Of a stretch of 64,000 nucleotides of DNA, positions 27,723 through 37,394 are shown piece by piece (position 1 is the stretch's first letter; each line of letters starts with the position of its first letter). This DNA comes from Dehalococcoidia bacterium. Lineage in GTDB: Bacteria; Chloroflexota; Dehalococcoidia; Plut-88900. The position numbers and the translations under genes are program-made. Location: the NCBI GenBank assembly GCA_965207225.1, contig CBDBLV010000004.1, positions 352,001 to 416,000 of the forward strand, given 5' to 3'. The notes beneath the pieces are model-generated. The model was not told the DNA's origin. It saw only the letters and a program-made list of their open reading frames with translations, and did not search any database.

Positions 27723-28856
27723 CTAGGTTTCCAGGGAGATGCCGACCAGGGAGCCGATGCCGTAGGTTACTCCGGCGGCCGCGGCGCCGACGAAGAGCAT
27801 ACGGCCTCCTCCCCAGAAGAGGTTCTTTCCGGTCAGGGTGCCGAGCAGGGCGCCTATTCCAAAGACCGCTGCGCCACTCAAGGCGACGGTCAGGATGAGG
27901 GCAAGGAGGTCGGTGGTGAAGAGGTTCGGGAGGAGGGGAATGAGTGCTCCGAAGCCGAAGGCCAGGAATGAGCTGATGGCGGCGGTCCACGGGTTGCCGA
28001 GCTGGTCGGGGTCCAGGCCGAGCTCCTCACGAGCCAGGGTTTCCAGGGCGACCTCGGGGTTGGAGATGATCCGCTCGGCGACGGCTCGGGCCTCCTGCCT
28101 GGTGAAGCCCTTGCGCTGGTAGATGAGGGCGAGCTCCTGGGCCTCCTCCCTCGGGACTTCTTCGAGCTCGGCCCTCTCCACCTCGATCTCCCTTTCGTAG
28201 ACGTCTCTCTGGGCCCGGACGGAGACGTATTCGCCCGCGGCCATGGAGAAGGCCCCGGCCAACAGACCAGAGATGCCTGCGATGACAATGAAACTGGAGT
28301 CGGAGGTGGCGCCGGTGACACCCATGACGAGGCTGACGTTGGAAATGAGGCCGTCGTTGAAGCCGAGAACACCGGCCCGGACGTTGACCGTGCCGCTGTA
28401 GTGACGACGTTCCAGGGAGATGATCTGGGCGTGGTCTGGGAGGCCCGAGAGTCGGCCCAGGACGTTAAAGTGCTCGACCTCTTCCTGCACGATGTTGGAG
28501 GCCTCGGGGTCTTCGCGGTAGGTGCTGGCGTCTGCGGCCTCGGCCTTCAGGATGATGGGCATGACGGCCTTGGTGCCGAAGATGGCGGCGATGGACCTCA
28601 GAACGAGCACCCTAAGGGTGCGACGGTAGTTGTCGGGGGACTGGTCTTCCATGCCGAGCTTTCGGGACCAGATGCGGACGTGTCTCATCTCGGCCTGGGC
28701 GAGGCGGCGGAAGAGCCGGGCGCGGTCGTCATCTCTCTCGACATTGGCGAGGTCACTGTAAAGCTGGACAGCCTCTATCTCGTTCTTGAGGTAGCGGCGG
28801 TAGCGTGCGCGGTCGCTCTCATCGGCGCCGGGCTTTCTTTTCAGGAGTCCGATCAT
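27723..28856 (-). CDS. VIT1/CCC1 transporter with N-terminal rubrerythrin-like domain
   Basis: ExxH motifs in N-part; GFNDGL, AGAFSMAAGEY. Confidence 0.9.
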   Translation of the reverse strand: MIGLLKRKPGADESDRARYRRYLKNEIEAVQLYSDLANVERDDDRARLFRRLAQAEMRHVRIWSRKLGMEDQSPDNYRRTLRVLVLRSIAAIFGTKAVMPIILKAEAADASTYREDPEASNIVQEEVEHFNVLGRLSGLPDHAQIISLERRHYSGTVNVRAGVLGFNDGLISNVSLVMGVTGATSDSSFIVIAGISGLLAGAFSMAAGEYVSVRAQRDVYEREIEVERAELEEVPREEAQELALIYQRKGFTRQEARAVAERIISNPEVALETLAREELGLDPDQLGNPWTAAISSFLAFGFGALIPLLPNLFTTDLLALILTVALSGAAVFGIGALLGTLTGKNLFWGGGRMLFVGAAAAGVTYGIGSLVGISLET

Positions 28857-30373
28857 TGGCTATTCGCTGGGGTCTTGGCCTGGGAGAGGACGTAGTTGAT
28901 GAGGGTCCTGACCGGGACACCTGTTGCGCCCTTGACCACGTAGCCGCTGGTCTTGGACGCCATGAAGGTGCCGGCGATATCGAGGTGAACCCAGGGCGTG
29001 TCTTCGCTGAACTCGGCGAGGAACTGGGCGGCGGTGATGGAGCCCGCGGGTCGGCCCCCGGTATTCTTGACGTCCGCCACATCGCTCTTGTTCTGCTCCT
29101 TGTACTCTTCGAAGAGTGGCATGTGCCAGATCTTCTCACCGGCCTGCTTTCCGGCGTCGATGATGCAGTCCACCAGCCCCTGATCGTTGCCGAAAGCGCC
29201 CGAACTCACGTGTCCAAGGGCGATGACCATTGCGCCGGTGAGGGTGGCGACGTCGACCATGGAGGTCATGCCGATCTTGCGGCCGTAAGAGAGGGCGTCG
29301 GCGAGGAGGAGACGGCCCTCGGCGTCGGTGTTTTCTATCTCGATGGTCTTGCCGTTCATGGCGCGGACAACATCGCCGGGTTTCTGGGCGTTGCCGTCGG
29401 GGAGGTTCTCGGAGGCTGGGACGAGGCCCGTGACGTTGATACCAGGTTTCAGCTTTCCTATGGCGCCCATGGCTGCGATTACGGATGCGCCGCCGGACAT
29501 GTCGCCCTTCATGTCGCCCATGTTCAGGGCGGGCTTCAGGGATATGCCGCCGGAGTCGAAGGTGACGCCCTTGCCCAGGAGGCCGAGGTGCCGCTCTGCG
29601 CCGTCTTCATCGCCGCGGTACTTGAGGATGATGAACTTTGGGGGCTGTCGGGTGCCCTTGGCCACGCCGGCGATGGCGCCCATACCGAGTCCGTCCATCT
29701 GCTCGCTGTCCAAGACCTCGACCTCCAGGCCGGACTCCCCGGCGACCCGTTCGGCGGTGGCGGCCATGTCGGAGGGGGTCATGAAGTTGGCGGGCTCGTT
29801 GGCCATGTCCCGGGCGAGGGCTGCGGCCTCCGCGATGATCTTGCCGCGTTCAAGGCCGGATTCCAGGGCTTCGACCTTGGAGCTATCGACTTCAACCAGG
29901 GAGAGCTGATCGATCTCCTTAGGCTCGGGGGCGGTGGTGCGGTGCCTGTTGAAGGTGTAGGTCCCGAGAAGGCTGCCCTCGGCGATGGCCTGAGCAGAAT
30001 TACCGGCGTCCATGCCGCCTATCCCCGCACCGTGGACAAGGGTAGTCACCTTCTTGATACTCTTGGCGGAGAGGTCTCGGCAGAGGCCGCCCATTATGCG
30101 GCGGACTGTGTCCTCGTCGAAGCGTTCTCTCTTGCCCAGGCCGACAATGACGACTCGCTTTGGCGCGATTCTGCCGAAGGTGTGGACCTGGACAATCTCG
30201 CCCTCCTTGCCGGTGAGCTCGCCGTCGGCGATGAGTTCGGTGATGGCGCCGTCGAGGGCGCGGTCCACGGCGCCGGTGCCGCCGCCAGGCTGCTTCACGC
30301 CTTCGAAGAGGTTGACGACTGCGGCGTCGGCTTTCAGGTCGGTAATGTCGCCCTGGACAACGTTGATATCCAT
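28853..30373 (-). CDS. pepA: Leucyl aminopeptidase (M17)
   Basis: GKGVTFDSGG, MKGDMSG, NTDAEGRL, ATLTGA, HLDIAG; AAGGGAG RBS before ATG 30373. Confidence 0.95.
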   Translation of the reverse strand: MDINVVQGDITDLKADAAVVNLFEGVKQPGGGTGAVDRALDGAITELIADGELTGKEGEIVQVHTFGRIAPKRVVIVGLGKRERFDEDTVRRIMGGLCRDLSAKSIKKVTTLVHGAGIGGMDAGNSAQAIAEGSLLGTYTFNRHRTTAPEPKEIDQLSLVEVDSSKVEALESGLERGKIIAEAAALARDMANEPANFMTPSDMAATAERVAGESGLEVEVLDSEQMDGLGMGAIAGVAKGTRQPPKFIILKYRGDEDGAERHLGLLGKGVTFDSGGISLKPALNMGDMKGDMSGGASVIAAMGAIGKLKPGINVTGLVPASENLPDGNAQKPGDVVRAMNGKTIEIENTDAEGRLLLADALSYGRKIGMTSMVDVATLTGAMVIALGHVSSGAFGNDQGLVDCIIDAGKQAGEKIWHMPLFEEYKEQNKSDVADVKNTGGRPAGSITAAQFLAEFSEDTPWVHLDIAGTFMASKTSGYVVKGATGVPVRTLINYVLSQAKTPANSQ

Positions 30374-30386
30374 GTGTCGGTCTCCC

Positions 30387-31001
30387 TTAATCTCCATTAA
30401 TCGAATTCAGTTTGTCGGCTATCTTCCGGATCAAAGGGGCGATGTCTTTCGAAGTATCCACTGTGATGTGAGGCCCGGCGACCGGTTCTTCCCGTGCTTT
30501 CATTCTCCTGTAAACGTCCCAACCTGCCTCGGAGGCGCCATCCTTCGTTTTACCTTGCTCTCTGCGTTTCAGCCTTTTGGCTATGAGGGTCTCGGGGGCG
30601 GTCACTTCGACCACCACAACGTCCGCTCCCTTTGCCGACGCAGCTTCGCGTGAGTATGCCCTGTCCCGCTCGGTGAGATTTGTTGCGTCGAGCAAGACTG
30701 GAACGCCGTGCTCAAGGAGATCCTGCATGAGCCGACGGCATGCACCGAAGACGCGCCGGTTTTCATCTGAATTATACGCGGGTATTCCGGCCAGTGTTTT
30801 CCGCGCTGCGTCCGACTCGATCACCAGCATAGGGACTTCCGCGGCCAAGAGGCGGGCGAAGTGAGTTTTTCCGGCTGCGGGGAGGCCGCACAACAGAACC
30901 AGGTATGGATTGGGGACGGGTGGAGGGGGTGGGGGGAGGCTTCTCCTGAGGGTCTCAACGTCGGCTTCGAGGCGGGAGACAGAGGGGTCTGGGGTTGACA
31001 T
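30387..31001 (-). CDS. P-loop kinase (AAA_33-like)
   Basis: CGLPAAGKT, SDAARK, LDATN. Confidence 0.8.
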   Translation of the reverse strand: MSTPDPSVSRLEADVETLRRSLPPPPPPVPNPYLVLLCGLPAAGKTHFARLLAAEVPMLVIESDAARKTLAGIPAYNSDENRRVFGACRRLMQDLLEHGVPVLLDATNLTERDRAYSREAASAKGADVVVVEVTAPETLIAKRLKRREQGKTKDGASEAGWDVYRRMKAREEPVAGPHITVDTSKDIAPLIRKIADKLNSINGD

Positions 31002-31022
31002 GGGGTGGACGGGGTCAGGAGA

Positions 31023-31718
31023 TTACCTAGTGGATCGGTCGTACAGGGCCCTGTTACGGATGACCTGCTTGATGTCTTTGCCCTCGGCGATGTCGTTGGA
31101 GAGGCCACCCGTGACCCGACGCACCATAATGGCGATAGTCGCGGCGAAGAGGGCACGGACTGCGGGTTTCGGCTCCTTCATGAGCCAGGCAAAGAGGGGT
31201 ATGCCCAGCCATCCGAGAAGCATCCCGATAGGTATTTCGTCGCTGTTCCTGCCGGGGAACTTCAGCCGCTGTTTCCAGGTGAGGTCGGTGCGGACCATTA
31301 TGGGCAGCGCCCATATAGCGCCACCGCCGAACATGGGGACCATGGCCATTATGCCGGCCCTGGGGCTCAGGGCGGCCAGGGCACCGATGGCCGTGGCATT
31401 GCCCCGACCGCCGTCAAACCTCCTGAAGACGGGCCACATCTGGCCTACCAGCCCCGCAACCGCACCGGCGGCGCCAACGCCCTTGCCCAACTTCAGCCAG
31501 TCGGCTAACAGTACGGGCAAAGCGCCCTTACCGACATCGAAGAGGCCACCTACCAGGCCGTACTTTGCACCGGAGGTCTGCCAGAGGTTTCCGGCGCCCA
31601 CCTTACCCGTACCTTCCTGCCGGAGGTCGGCGCCCTTACGTCGGGCCAGCAGCTCCGTGACGGGCAAGGAGCCGTAGAGGTAGCATCCCAGTATGAAAAG
31701 CGCTTTCAGCATAAGCAT
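31023..31718 (-). CDS. plsY: Glycerol-3-phosphate acyltransferase
   Basis: YLYGS, G-T-G-K-V-GAGN, DVGKG, F.GGRG; divergent motifs. Confidence 0.75.
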   Translation of the reverse strand: MLMLKALFILGCYLYGSLPVTELLARRKGADLRQEGTGKVGAGNLWQTSGAKYGLVGGLFDVGKGALPVLLADWLKLGKGVGAAGAVAGLVGQMWPVFRRFDGGRGNATAIGALAALSPRAGIMAMVPMFGGGAIWALPIMVRTDLTWKQRLKFPGRNSDEIPIGMLLGWLGIPLFAWLMKEPKPAVRALFAATIAIMVRRVTGGLSNDIAEGKDIKQVIRNRALYDRSTR

Positions 31719-31728
31719 ACGGAGTTGA

Positions 31729-32586
31729 TCAGTCGGCGTAGTAGGTGATTCCCAAGACCCCGGGGCCCGTGTAGATGCCCATAACGGGGGTCAGGTGGGA
31801 CATCAGGAGCTCGGTGCAGTCTATCGTTTCGGAGACCTGGCGGGCAAATTCCTCGGCCTCCGCAGGTACGTTGGCGTGGAGCATAGCCACTCGAATCGAG
31901 TCCTTGCCGCGGGTATCCCTTTCGAGCATACGAAGCATTCTCCGGAGGGCTCCCTGCCTGCTCCGGGCTACTGTAACAGGCTTCACCTGTCCCATCCGCA
32001 GTGAGAGTACGGGCTTCAGGCCGATGAGGGAAGCGCCCCAGGCGACGACTCTCGGGAACCGGCCGCTACGGCCCAGGTACTTGAAAGTATCGATAACCGC
32101 CACCAGCCGCACCCGTGCTTTTACGGACTCGGCGATGCGGGTGACCTCTTCCAGGGAGGCGCCCTGAGCGGCGGCTCGGGCGGCAGCGAGGACTACGAAT
32201 CCCTGGAGCATGGCCGCTCCCCCGGAGTCCATGACCTCCACCCGTGTAGGAGAAGAGTCTTCGGACACCATGTCCCTGGCAACGGTTGCAGCGCGGTGCA
32301 TGCCGCTGAACCTGGCGGAAACGGTGATGCAAAGAACGGCATCGACGGTGCCGATGAGCTCCTTGAAAGCTTCAACATACACACCCGGTGAGGCAGGGGA
32401 AGTGGTGGGGGGTCTTTCGGCGGACTGGAGGCGGCGGTAGAAGTCGGGCATGTCCATGTCGGGGTCGTCGGGGACTACGGTGTCGCCGAAGACGTAGGTC
32501 AGGGGCACGACACGAATGTCAAGCTCCCGCGCAAGGTCGGCGGGAATGCAGGATGTGCTGTCGGTGACTATGGCTACTTTGCGCAT
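31729..32586 (-). CDS. DegV/FakB fatty-acid-binding protein
   Basis: IVTDST, PTTS, S..FSG, L.RSGR, LKPVL, TGPG. Confidence 0.9.
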   Translation of the reverse strand: MRKVAIVTDSTSCIPADLARELDIRVVPLTYVFGDTVVPDDPDMDMPDFYRRLQSAERPPTTSPASPGVYVEAFKELIGTVDAVLCITVSARFSGMHRAATVARDMVSEDSSPTRVEVMDSGGAAMLQGFVVLAAARAAAQGASLEEVTRIAESVKARVRLVAVIDTFKYLGRSGRFPRVVAWGASLIGLKPVLSLRMGQVKPVTVARSRQGALRRMLRMLERDTRGKDSIRVAMLHANVPAEAEEFARQVSETIDCTELLMSHLTPVMGIYTGPGVLGITYYAD

Positions 32587-32658
32587 CTCTCGCTGCGTCC
32601 GGAGGCGATCAAAGACTCCAGATGAGAGAGGATGATATCGGGTGAAGGGTGTCGGGCG

Positions 32659-32919
32659 CTAGCCCAAGCTGCCGGCGCCGATGGATACGACCCAAAGAAT
32701 TAGCACCGCCACCATGGGGCTAAAGTCGAGCGAACCGCCCCTGTAGACCAGCCGCCTGATAGGGGAGAGGATGGGTTCGGTTACCCTGTAGAGGACGTGC
32801 ATCAGGGAGGCAACCCACTGCTTGTCCGTGCCCATGGGGAAGATCAGGCTCAGGATCATCCTGGCTATGATCATCCAGGACAGGACCTGGGCCAGCAATG
32901 CGATTATGCCGAAGATCAT
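32659..32919 (-). CDS. yggT: YggT family membrane protein
   Basis: VTEPILSPIRR, LDFSP; follows proC. Confidence 0.88.
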   Translation of the reverse strand: MIFGIIALLAQVLSWMIIARMILSLIFPMGTDKQWVASLMHVLYRVTEPILSPIRRLVYRGGSLDFSPMVAVLILWVVSIGAGSLG

Positions 32920-32921
32920 AT

Positions 32922-33743
32922 TCAGCCGACCCGCTGGGCCTTCTTGTAGGCCTCGACGATGGCGTTGATGAAAAGGCCTCGCAGGCCGCCCGACTCGAGG
33001 ACGAGGAGGGCCTCGGCGGTAGTGCCTCCAGGGGAGGTGACCATGTTCTTCAGTTCCGCCGGGTGTTTATCCGACTCTTTGTAAAGCTGGGCGGACCCCG
33101 CGACTGTCTCCACGGCGAGCTTTTCGGCGATGTCCCTGGAAAGGCCGACGTGTACGCCGGCGTCTATAAGGGACTCGATGACAAGAAAGGTGTAGGCGGG
33201 GCCGCCGCCGCTGAGGGCGGTGGCCATGTCGAGGTATTTTTCGTCTTCGACGTAGATCTCCTCGCCGAGGGCCTGGAGGATGCCGGCGGCGGCGGCACGG
33301 GCGTCGGGGCCTGCGCCAACGCCTGTGGTCCACATGGTTATTCCCTTCCCTATCTGGGCGGGGGTGTTAGGCATGGCGCGGACGAGTACGTCATGGCCGA
33401 GGCCGTTAGACAGAGTATCCAACTTCACTCCTGCGGCAATGGAAAGGACCATCTGGTCGCTTCCGACCCGGCCCTTCATCTGTTCGAGGACGTGGGGCAT
33501 GACCTGAGGTTTAACGGCCAGGACGACGGCTTCGGGGCCCTGGAGGGCGGCGAGGTTGTCGTCGGTGGTGGAGACGTTGTAAGTATCGGAGAGGGTGGAG
33601 CGTCGGGGTGCGATGGGTTCGCTGACTAGGATATCAGCAGGAGTGGCGACGCCCTGTTCGATAACGCCGCGCACAATGGCTTCCGCCATGACCCCGCCAC
33701 CGATGAATGAGAGTTTTATTTGGGGGCCTCCTCGCGCCGACAA
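32922..33743 (-). CDS. proC: Pyrroline-5-carboxylate reductase (true start possibly ATA at 33719)
   Basis: FIGGGVMAEA, AVKPQ, RAMPNTP, VTSPGGTT. Confidence 0.95.
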   Translation of the reverse strand: MSARGGPQIKLSFIGGGVMAEAIVRGVIEQGVATPADILVSEPIAPRRSTLSDTYNVSTTDDNLAALQGPEAVVLAVKPQVMPHVLEQMKGRVGSDQMVLSIAAGVKLDTLSNGLGHDVLVRAMPNTPAQIGKGITMWTTGVGAGPDARAAAAGILQALGEEIYVEDEKYLDMATALSGGGPAYTFLVIESLIDAGVHVGLSRDIAEKLAVETVAGSAQLYKESDKHPAELKNMVTSPGGTTAEALLVLESGGLRGLFINAIVEAYKKAQRVG

Positions 33744-33822
33744 GGCGAATGCAACGCTTGCCGGGACGGCAACTGTATACTAGATTATAGCACCCGCGCC
33801 TGTGGGACACGGGGAAAAGGAC

Positions 33823-33957
33823 AAAAGAGTGGGCACCCTGGGGGGAGGTGGCGCCCAAGGGTGCCCGGAGGTGGTGTGCGCTGGGAGGAGCAGCGCACCG
33901 GGGTAACGGCAGTTGGGGGATAGCCCGATGGCTCGGGCCGTGTTCTGGGGGAGCACG
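33823..33957 (-). ncRNA. Multi-hairpin 3'-UTR RNA with C-rich anti-SD loops ending in a terminator-like hairpin
   Basis: Hairpins 33939-33957, 33923-33938, 33876-33898 (loop CUCCUCC), 33831-33866 followed by ACUCUUUUG. Confidence 0.45.
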
Positions 33958-33990
33958 CCCCCCGTCTGCCATTGCTTTGATATTAGGACG

Positions 33991-36393
33991 TTAGCCGCAT
34001 TTGTTGTACCCGCAGTCGTAGCAGGTCACGCATCCCTCCTGGTATACCAGGGTACCGTTGCACTCAGCGCACTTGCCTGAATAGGCGATTTTTCCATTTC
34101 CGTTGGTGTGGCCGTTTCCGTTCTTTTGAAGCTGGGGTAGAGGCACTTGCGCCCCGACAACGGACGGCGCCTCCGCACCGGGCCACTTTTCATGCTCCAT
34201 GAGATGCCGGGAGAGGACTAGGGCCACGGCGTCGGGGCCGGACTTGACGAGTTCACCCTCGTTCCAGGCGGGGCAGCAGGTTATGCCCCTCAACTGGTCG
34301 ATGACGTCCTGAGTCTCGATGCCCGAGCGCAGGGCCAGGGAGGCAAGTCTGGAAATGGCCTCCAACTGGGCAGAGTCGCAGCCTCCGGCCTTGCCGAGGT
34401 TGGAAAAGACCTCGAAGGGAGTCTTTTCTTCATCGAAGTTGACGGTGACGTACATGTTGCCGTGGCCTGTGTGGACCTTCTCGGTGATGCCCTGGACCTT
34501 GGAAGGCCTGCGCCTGGGGGTCGGGCCTGAGTGGGGAGCTTCGTCGCCTTCTCGGGCCTTCTGGGTCTGGCCGGTGTTCAACACCTGCTGACTCTTGCTG
34601 CCATCCCGGTAGATGGTCACGCCCTTGCAGCCTTCCCGGTAGGCCAGCATGTAGACCTGCCGGACATCTTCTATGGTGGCGTGGTTGGCGAAGTTGACGG
34701 TCTTGGAAACGGCGTTGTCGGTGTGCCTCTGGAAAGCGGCCTGCATCTTGACGTGCCACTGGGGGCTGATGTCGTGGGAGGTTACGAAGAGGTCCTGGAC
34801 CCACTGGGGGACCTCGTCGAGTCCCTGGGCTGTCCCAAGATCGGCCAGCTTCTCCATCAATTCCTGGCTGTAGAAGCCTTCGCGCCGGGCCACGGCTTCG
34901 AAGTAGGGGTTGACCTCGACCAGCCGGGCGTTGTCCATGACGTGCCTGACGTAGCTGAGGGCGAAGAGGGGCTCGATACCGCTGGAGCAGTTGGCGATGA
35001 TGCTGATGGTGCCCGTGGGGGCGATGGTGGTGCGGGTGGAGTTGCGCATGGGCCGGGGGCCAAGCTGTCCGCCTGGGCCGTAGACCGAGTCGTCCCAGTC
35101 CGGGAAGTTGCCCCGCTCGCCGGCGAGGGCCCCTGAGGCGTCGGTGGCCTTTTCGTCAATGAATCTCATGACCTTTTCGCCGAGGTCCAGAGCGGCCTGG
35201 GAGTTGTAGGGAATGCCCATGAGGATGAGCATGTCTGCCCATCCCATGACGCCCAGACCTATCCGCCGGATGCTGGTGGAGGTCTCGGCGATCTCGGGGA
35301 TGGGGTAGTTGTTCATGGTGACAACGTTGTCCAGGAAGCGGACGCAACTCTCGACCACTTCTCCCAACTCGTCCCAGTCAACGGCGGAGCTTTCGTCAGT
35401 TTCGAGAACAAACTTGGCGAGGTTTATGGAGCCCAAGTTGCAGGAGTCATAGGAGTAGAGGGGTTGCTCTCCGCAGGGGTTGGTGGCCTGGATCGGGCCT
35501 CGCTTGGGCACGGGGTTGGAGCGTTCGTCGTTCATCCGGTCGATGAAGATGATGCCCGGGTCTCCGGTCTTCCATGCGCTTTCGACCATCTCGTCGAATA
35601 GGGGCTTGGCCTCTATGGACTTCACTTTGACCTTGCTGTTGGGGTTGACGAGGTCGTGGGTACTGCCGTTTTCCACGGACTGCATGAACTTCTCGGTTAC
35701 GGCAACAGAGATGTTGAAGTTCTGGAGAGAGGCGTCGTCATCCTTGGAGTGTACGAACTTCAGGACGTCGGGGTGGCTGACGTCCAGGATGCCCATGTTG
35801 GCGCCGCGTCGGGTGCCGCCCTGCTTCACTACGTCGGTGGCGGTGTCGAAGATACGAATGAAGGAAACGGGGCCGCTGGCCACGCCGCCCGTGGACCCGA
35901 CCCTGTCGCTCTCGGGCCTGAGGTTTGAGAAGGCGAAGCCGGTGCCACCGCCGCTCTTGTGGATGACCGCGGTGTGCTTGGCAGCTTCGAAGATGCCGTC
36001 TATGGAGTCGGGGACAGCCAGTACGAAGCAAGCGGAAAGCTGCTGGAGTTCCCTACCGGCGTTCATTAACGTCGGTGAATTGGGCATGAACTCGTTGCGG
36101 GCCATGAGCTGGTAGAAACGCTCTGCCAGGAGCTCGACGTCCATGTCGGCGGCGCCGTATTCCTTTTCGCCCTCGGCAATGTTGCGTGCCACGCGTCGGT
36201 AGAGGTTTTCCGGGACCTCGGCGGGCTTGCCGTCGACATCCTTGACCAGGTACCTGCGTTCGAGTACGGCCATTCCGTTTTCCGATACCAGGGGTATCTG
36301 ATTGCCGAATTTTTCGGAGATTTCGCTGCTAAGGCCCTTGACCATCTGGGAGTGGACGGTTGACTGATTGGTGGTCTTCTTGCTCTGTACCAA
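33991..36393 (-). CDS. nrdJ: Class II (B12-dependent) ribonucleotide reductase with C-terminal TSCPD-like and zinc-ribbon domains
   Basis: PNSPTLMNAG, SACF, QGGTRRGANM, TNPCGEQ, IAPTGTIS, EGC..C..CGY.KC. Confidence 0.95.
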   Translation of the reverse strand: MVQSKKTTNQSTVHSQMVKGLSSEISEKFGNQIPLVSENGMAVLERRYLVKDVDGKPAEVPENLYRRVARNIAEGEKEYGAADMDVELLAERFYQLMARNEFMPNSPTLMNAGRELQQLSACFVLAVPDSIDGIFEAAKHTAVIHKSGGGTGFAFSNLRPESDRVGSTGGVASGPVSFIRIFDTATDVVKQGGTRRGANMGILDVSHPDVLKFVHSKDDDASLQNFNISVAVTEKFMQSVENGSTHDLVNPNSKVKVKSIEAKPLFDEMVESAWKTGDPGIIFIDRMNDERSNPVPKRGPIQATNPCGEQPLYSYDSCNLGSINLAKFVLETDESSAVDWDELGEVVESCVRFLDNVVTMNNYPIPEIAETSTSIRRIGLGVMGWADMLILMGIPYNSQAALDLGEKVMRFIDEKATDASGALAGERGNFPDWDDSVYGPGGQLGPRPMRNSTRTTIAPTGTISIIANCSSGIEPLFALSYVRHVMDNARLVEVNPYFEAVARREGFYSQELMEKLADLGTAQGLDEVPQWVQDLFVTSHDISPQWHVKMQAAFQRHTDNAVSKTVNFANHATIEDVRQVYMLAYREGCKGVTIYRDGSKSQQVLNTGQTQKAREGDEAPHSGPTPRRRPSKVQGITEKVHTGHGNMYVTVNFDEEKTPFEVFSNLGKAGGCDSAQLEAISRLASLALRSGIETQDVIDQLRGITCCPAWNEGELVKSGPDAVALVLSRHLMEHEKWPGAEAPSVVGAQVPLPQLQKNGNGHTNGNGKIAYSGKCAECNGTLVYQEGCVTCYDCGYNKCG

Positions 36394-36487
36394 GGTTCGC
36401 TCGATTCTAGGTTTTGCAGATTGTGTCCGGGACTGATTAGAAATAATGCGGAACAGCTTGCCACGTATTCGCCGGCCCCCCGACCCT

Positions 36488-36682
36488 TCAGTCGGGGGCT
36501 GGATCAGGCCAGGGAATCTTGGTTACCAATCCCATCGATTCCAGCAGTTCGATATCGGCTTCCTCGGCCAGGCCTTTATCCATGGGGCGTTTCGGAAGGG
36601 AATCGTCCTTAGAGAGACGTTGGCCATTCCTGACGGTAACGACATAGTCATTTGCCGGAGTTTTGACCTTGTGCAGTTTCAT
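36488..36682 (-). CDS. Small hypothetical protein within nrdR-nrdJ operon
   Basis: ATG 11 nt after nrdR stop, same strand, fills the gap. Confidence 0.5.
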   Translation of the reverse strand: MKLHKVKTPANDYVVTVRNGQRLSKDDSLPKRPMDKGLAEEADIELLESMGLVTKIPWPDPAPD

Positions 36683-36693
36683 TTCAACTACGC

Positions 36694-37254
36694 CTAACGC
36701 CTTCCGGACTGCGTGCGCCCTTGGGCTGTTCGTGCGGTTTGTCGGGTGACTTCCAGGAACATCGGGAGCTGGGCTGATGGAGACTCTTCGCCGTCGGGGG
36801 AGCTGAGGAGGGAGTCAACCTCTTCTTTGAAGGTCTCCACGTCTTCGAAGTCGCGGTAGACGCTGGCGAAGCGGATGTAGGCCACGCGGTCCAGGTCCTT
36901 GAGTCGGGCCATGACCAACTCGCCAATGATGCCAGTCGGGACCTCGGCCCTGCCGAGCTTCTGGAGTTCTTCCTCGATCTCGTCGACCATTTTTTCAATG
37001 GCGCCGAGGGGCATGGGTCTCTTGGCGCAGGCCTTGTGGATGCCGGAGGCCAGCTTGGAGCGGTTGAAAAGCTCCCTACGCCCGTCTCCCTTGATGAGGG
37101 TCAGGACAGCACCTTGGATCCGCTCCAAGGTGGTGTAGCGCAGGTCACAACGGAGACACTGCCGCCGTCTCCGGACCGCACCTTCTACGGTCCTGGAATC
37201 GATGACCTTCGAATCTTCGAAGTCACAGAAGGGACAACGCACTGTTTGAGGCAC
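36694..37254 (-). CDS. nrdR: Transcriptional repressor NrdR
   Basis: CPFC...SKVIDSR, RRRRQC, ATP cone, VAYIRFASVY. Confidence 0.97.
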   Translation of the reverse strand: MPQTVRCPFCDFEDSKVIDSRTVEGAVRRRRQCLRCDLRYTTLERIQGAVLTLIKGDGRRELFNRSKLASGIHKACAKRPMPLGAIEKMVDEIEEELQKLGRAEVPTGIIGELVMARLKDLDRVAYIRFASVYRDFEDVETFKEEVDSLLSSPDGEESPSAQLPMFLEVTRQTARTAQGRTQSGRR

Positions 37255-37287
37255 CGCCGTTCAGCTATTTAGCCAAAGATTGACATA

Positions 37288-37341
37288 CCACAATATGTGG
37301 TGTCGGCGGTAAACGCTACTACTATATATGAGCGTTGTCAA
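37288..37341 (-). promoter_or_regulatory. Tandem NrdR boxes overlapping nrdR promoter
   Basis: ccacaatatgtggtgt (37288-37303) and ctactatatatgagcg (37319-37334), 31 bp apart; TTGACA-17-TAGCGT. Confidence 0.75.
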
Positions 37342-37394
37342 GCAATGGATCGCCCCAATTTTGGAGCAATTTTCGAACCAGTTCTAAATCCAGT

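Noticed and set aside
28805-30400. 531-aa plus-strand ORF
   Set aside because: Antisense shadow of pepA
36394-36490. TGA readthrough fusing the 64-aa ORF to nrdJ
   Set aside because: Frames differ (94-nt offset)
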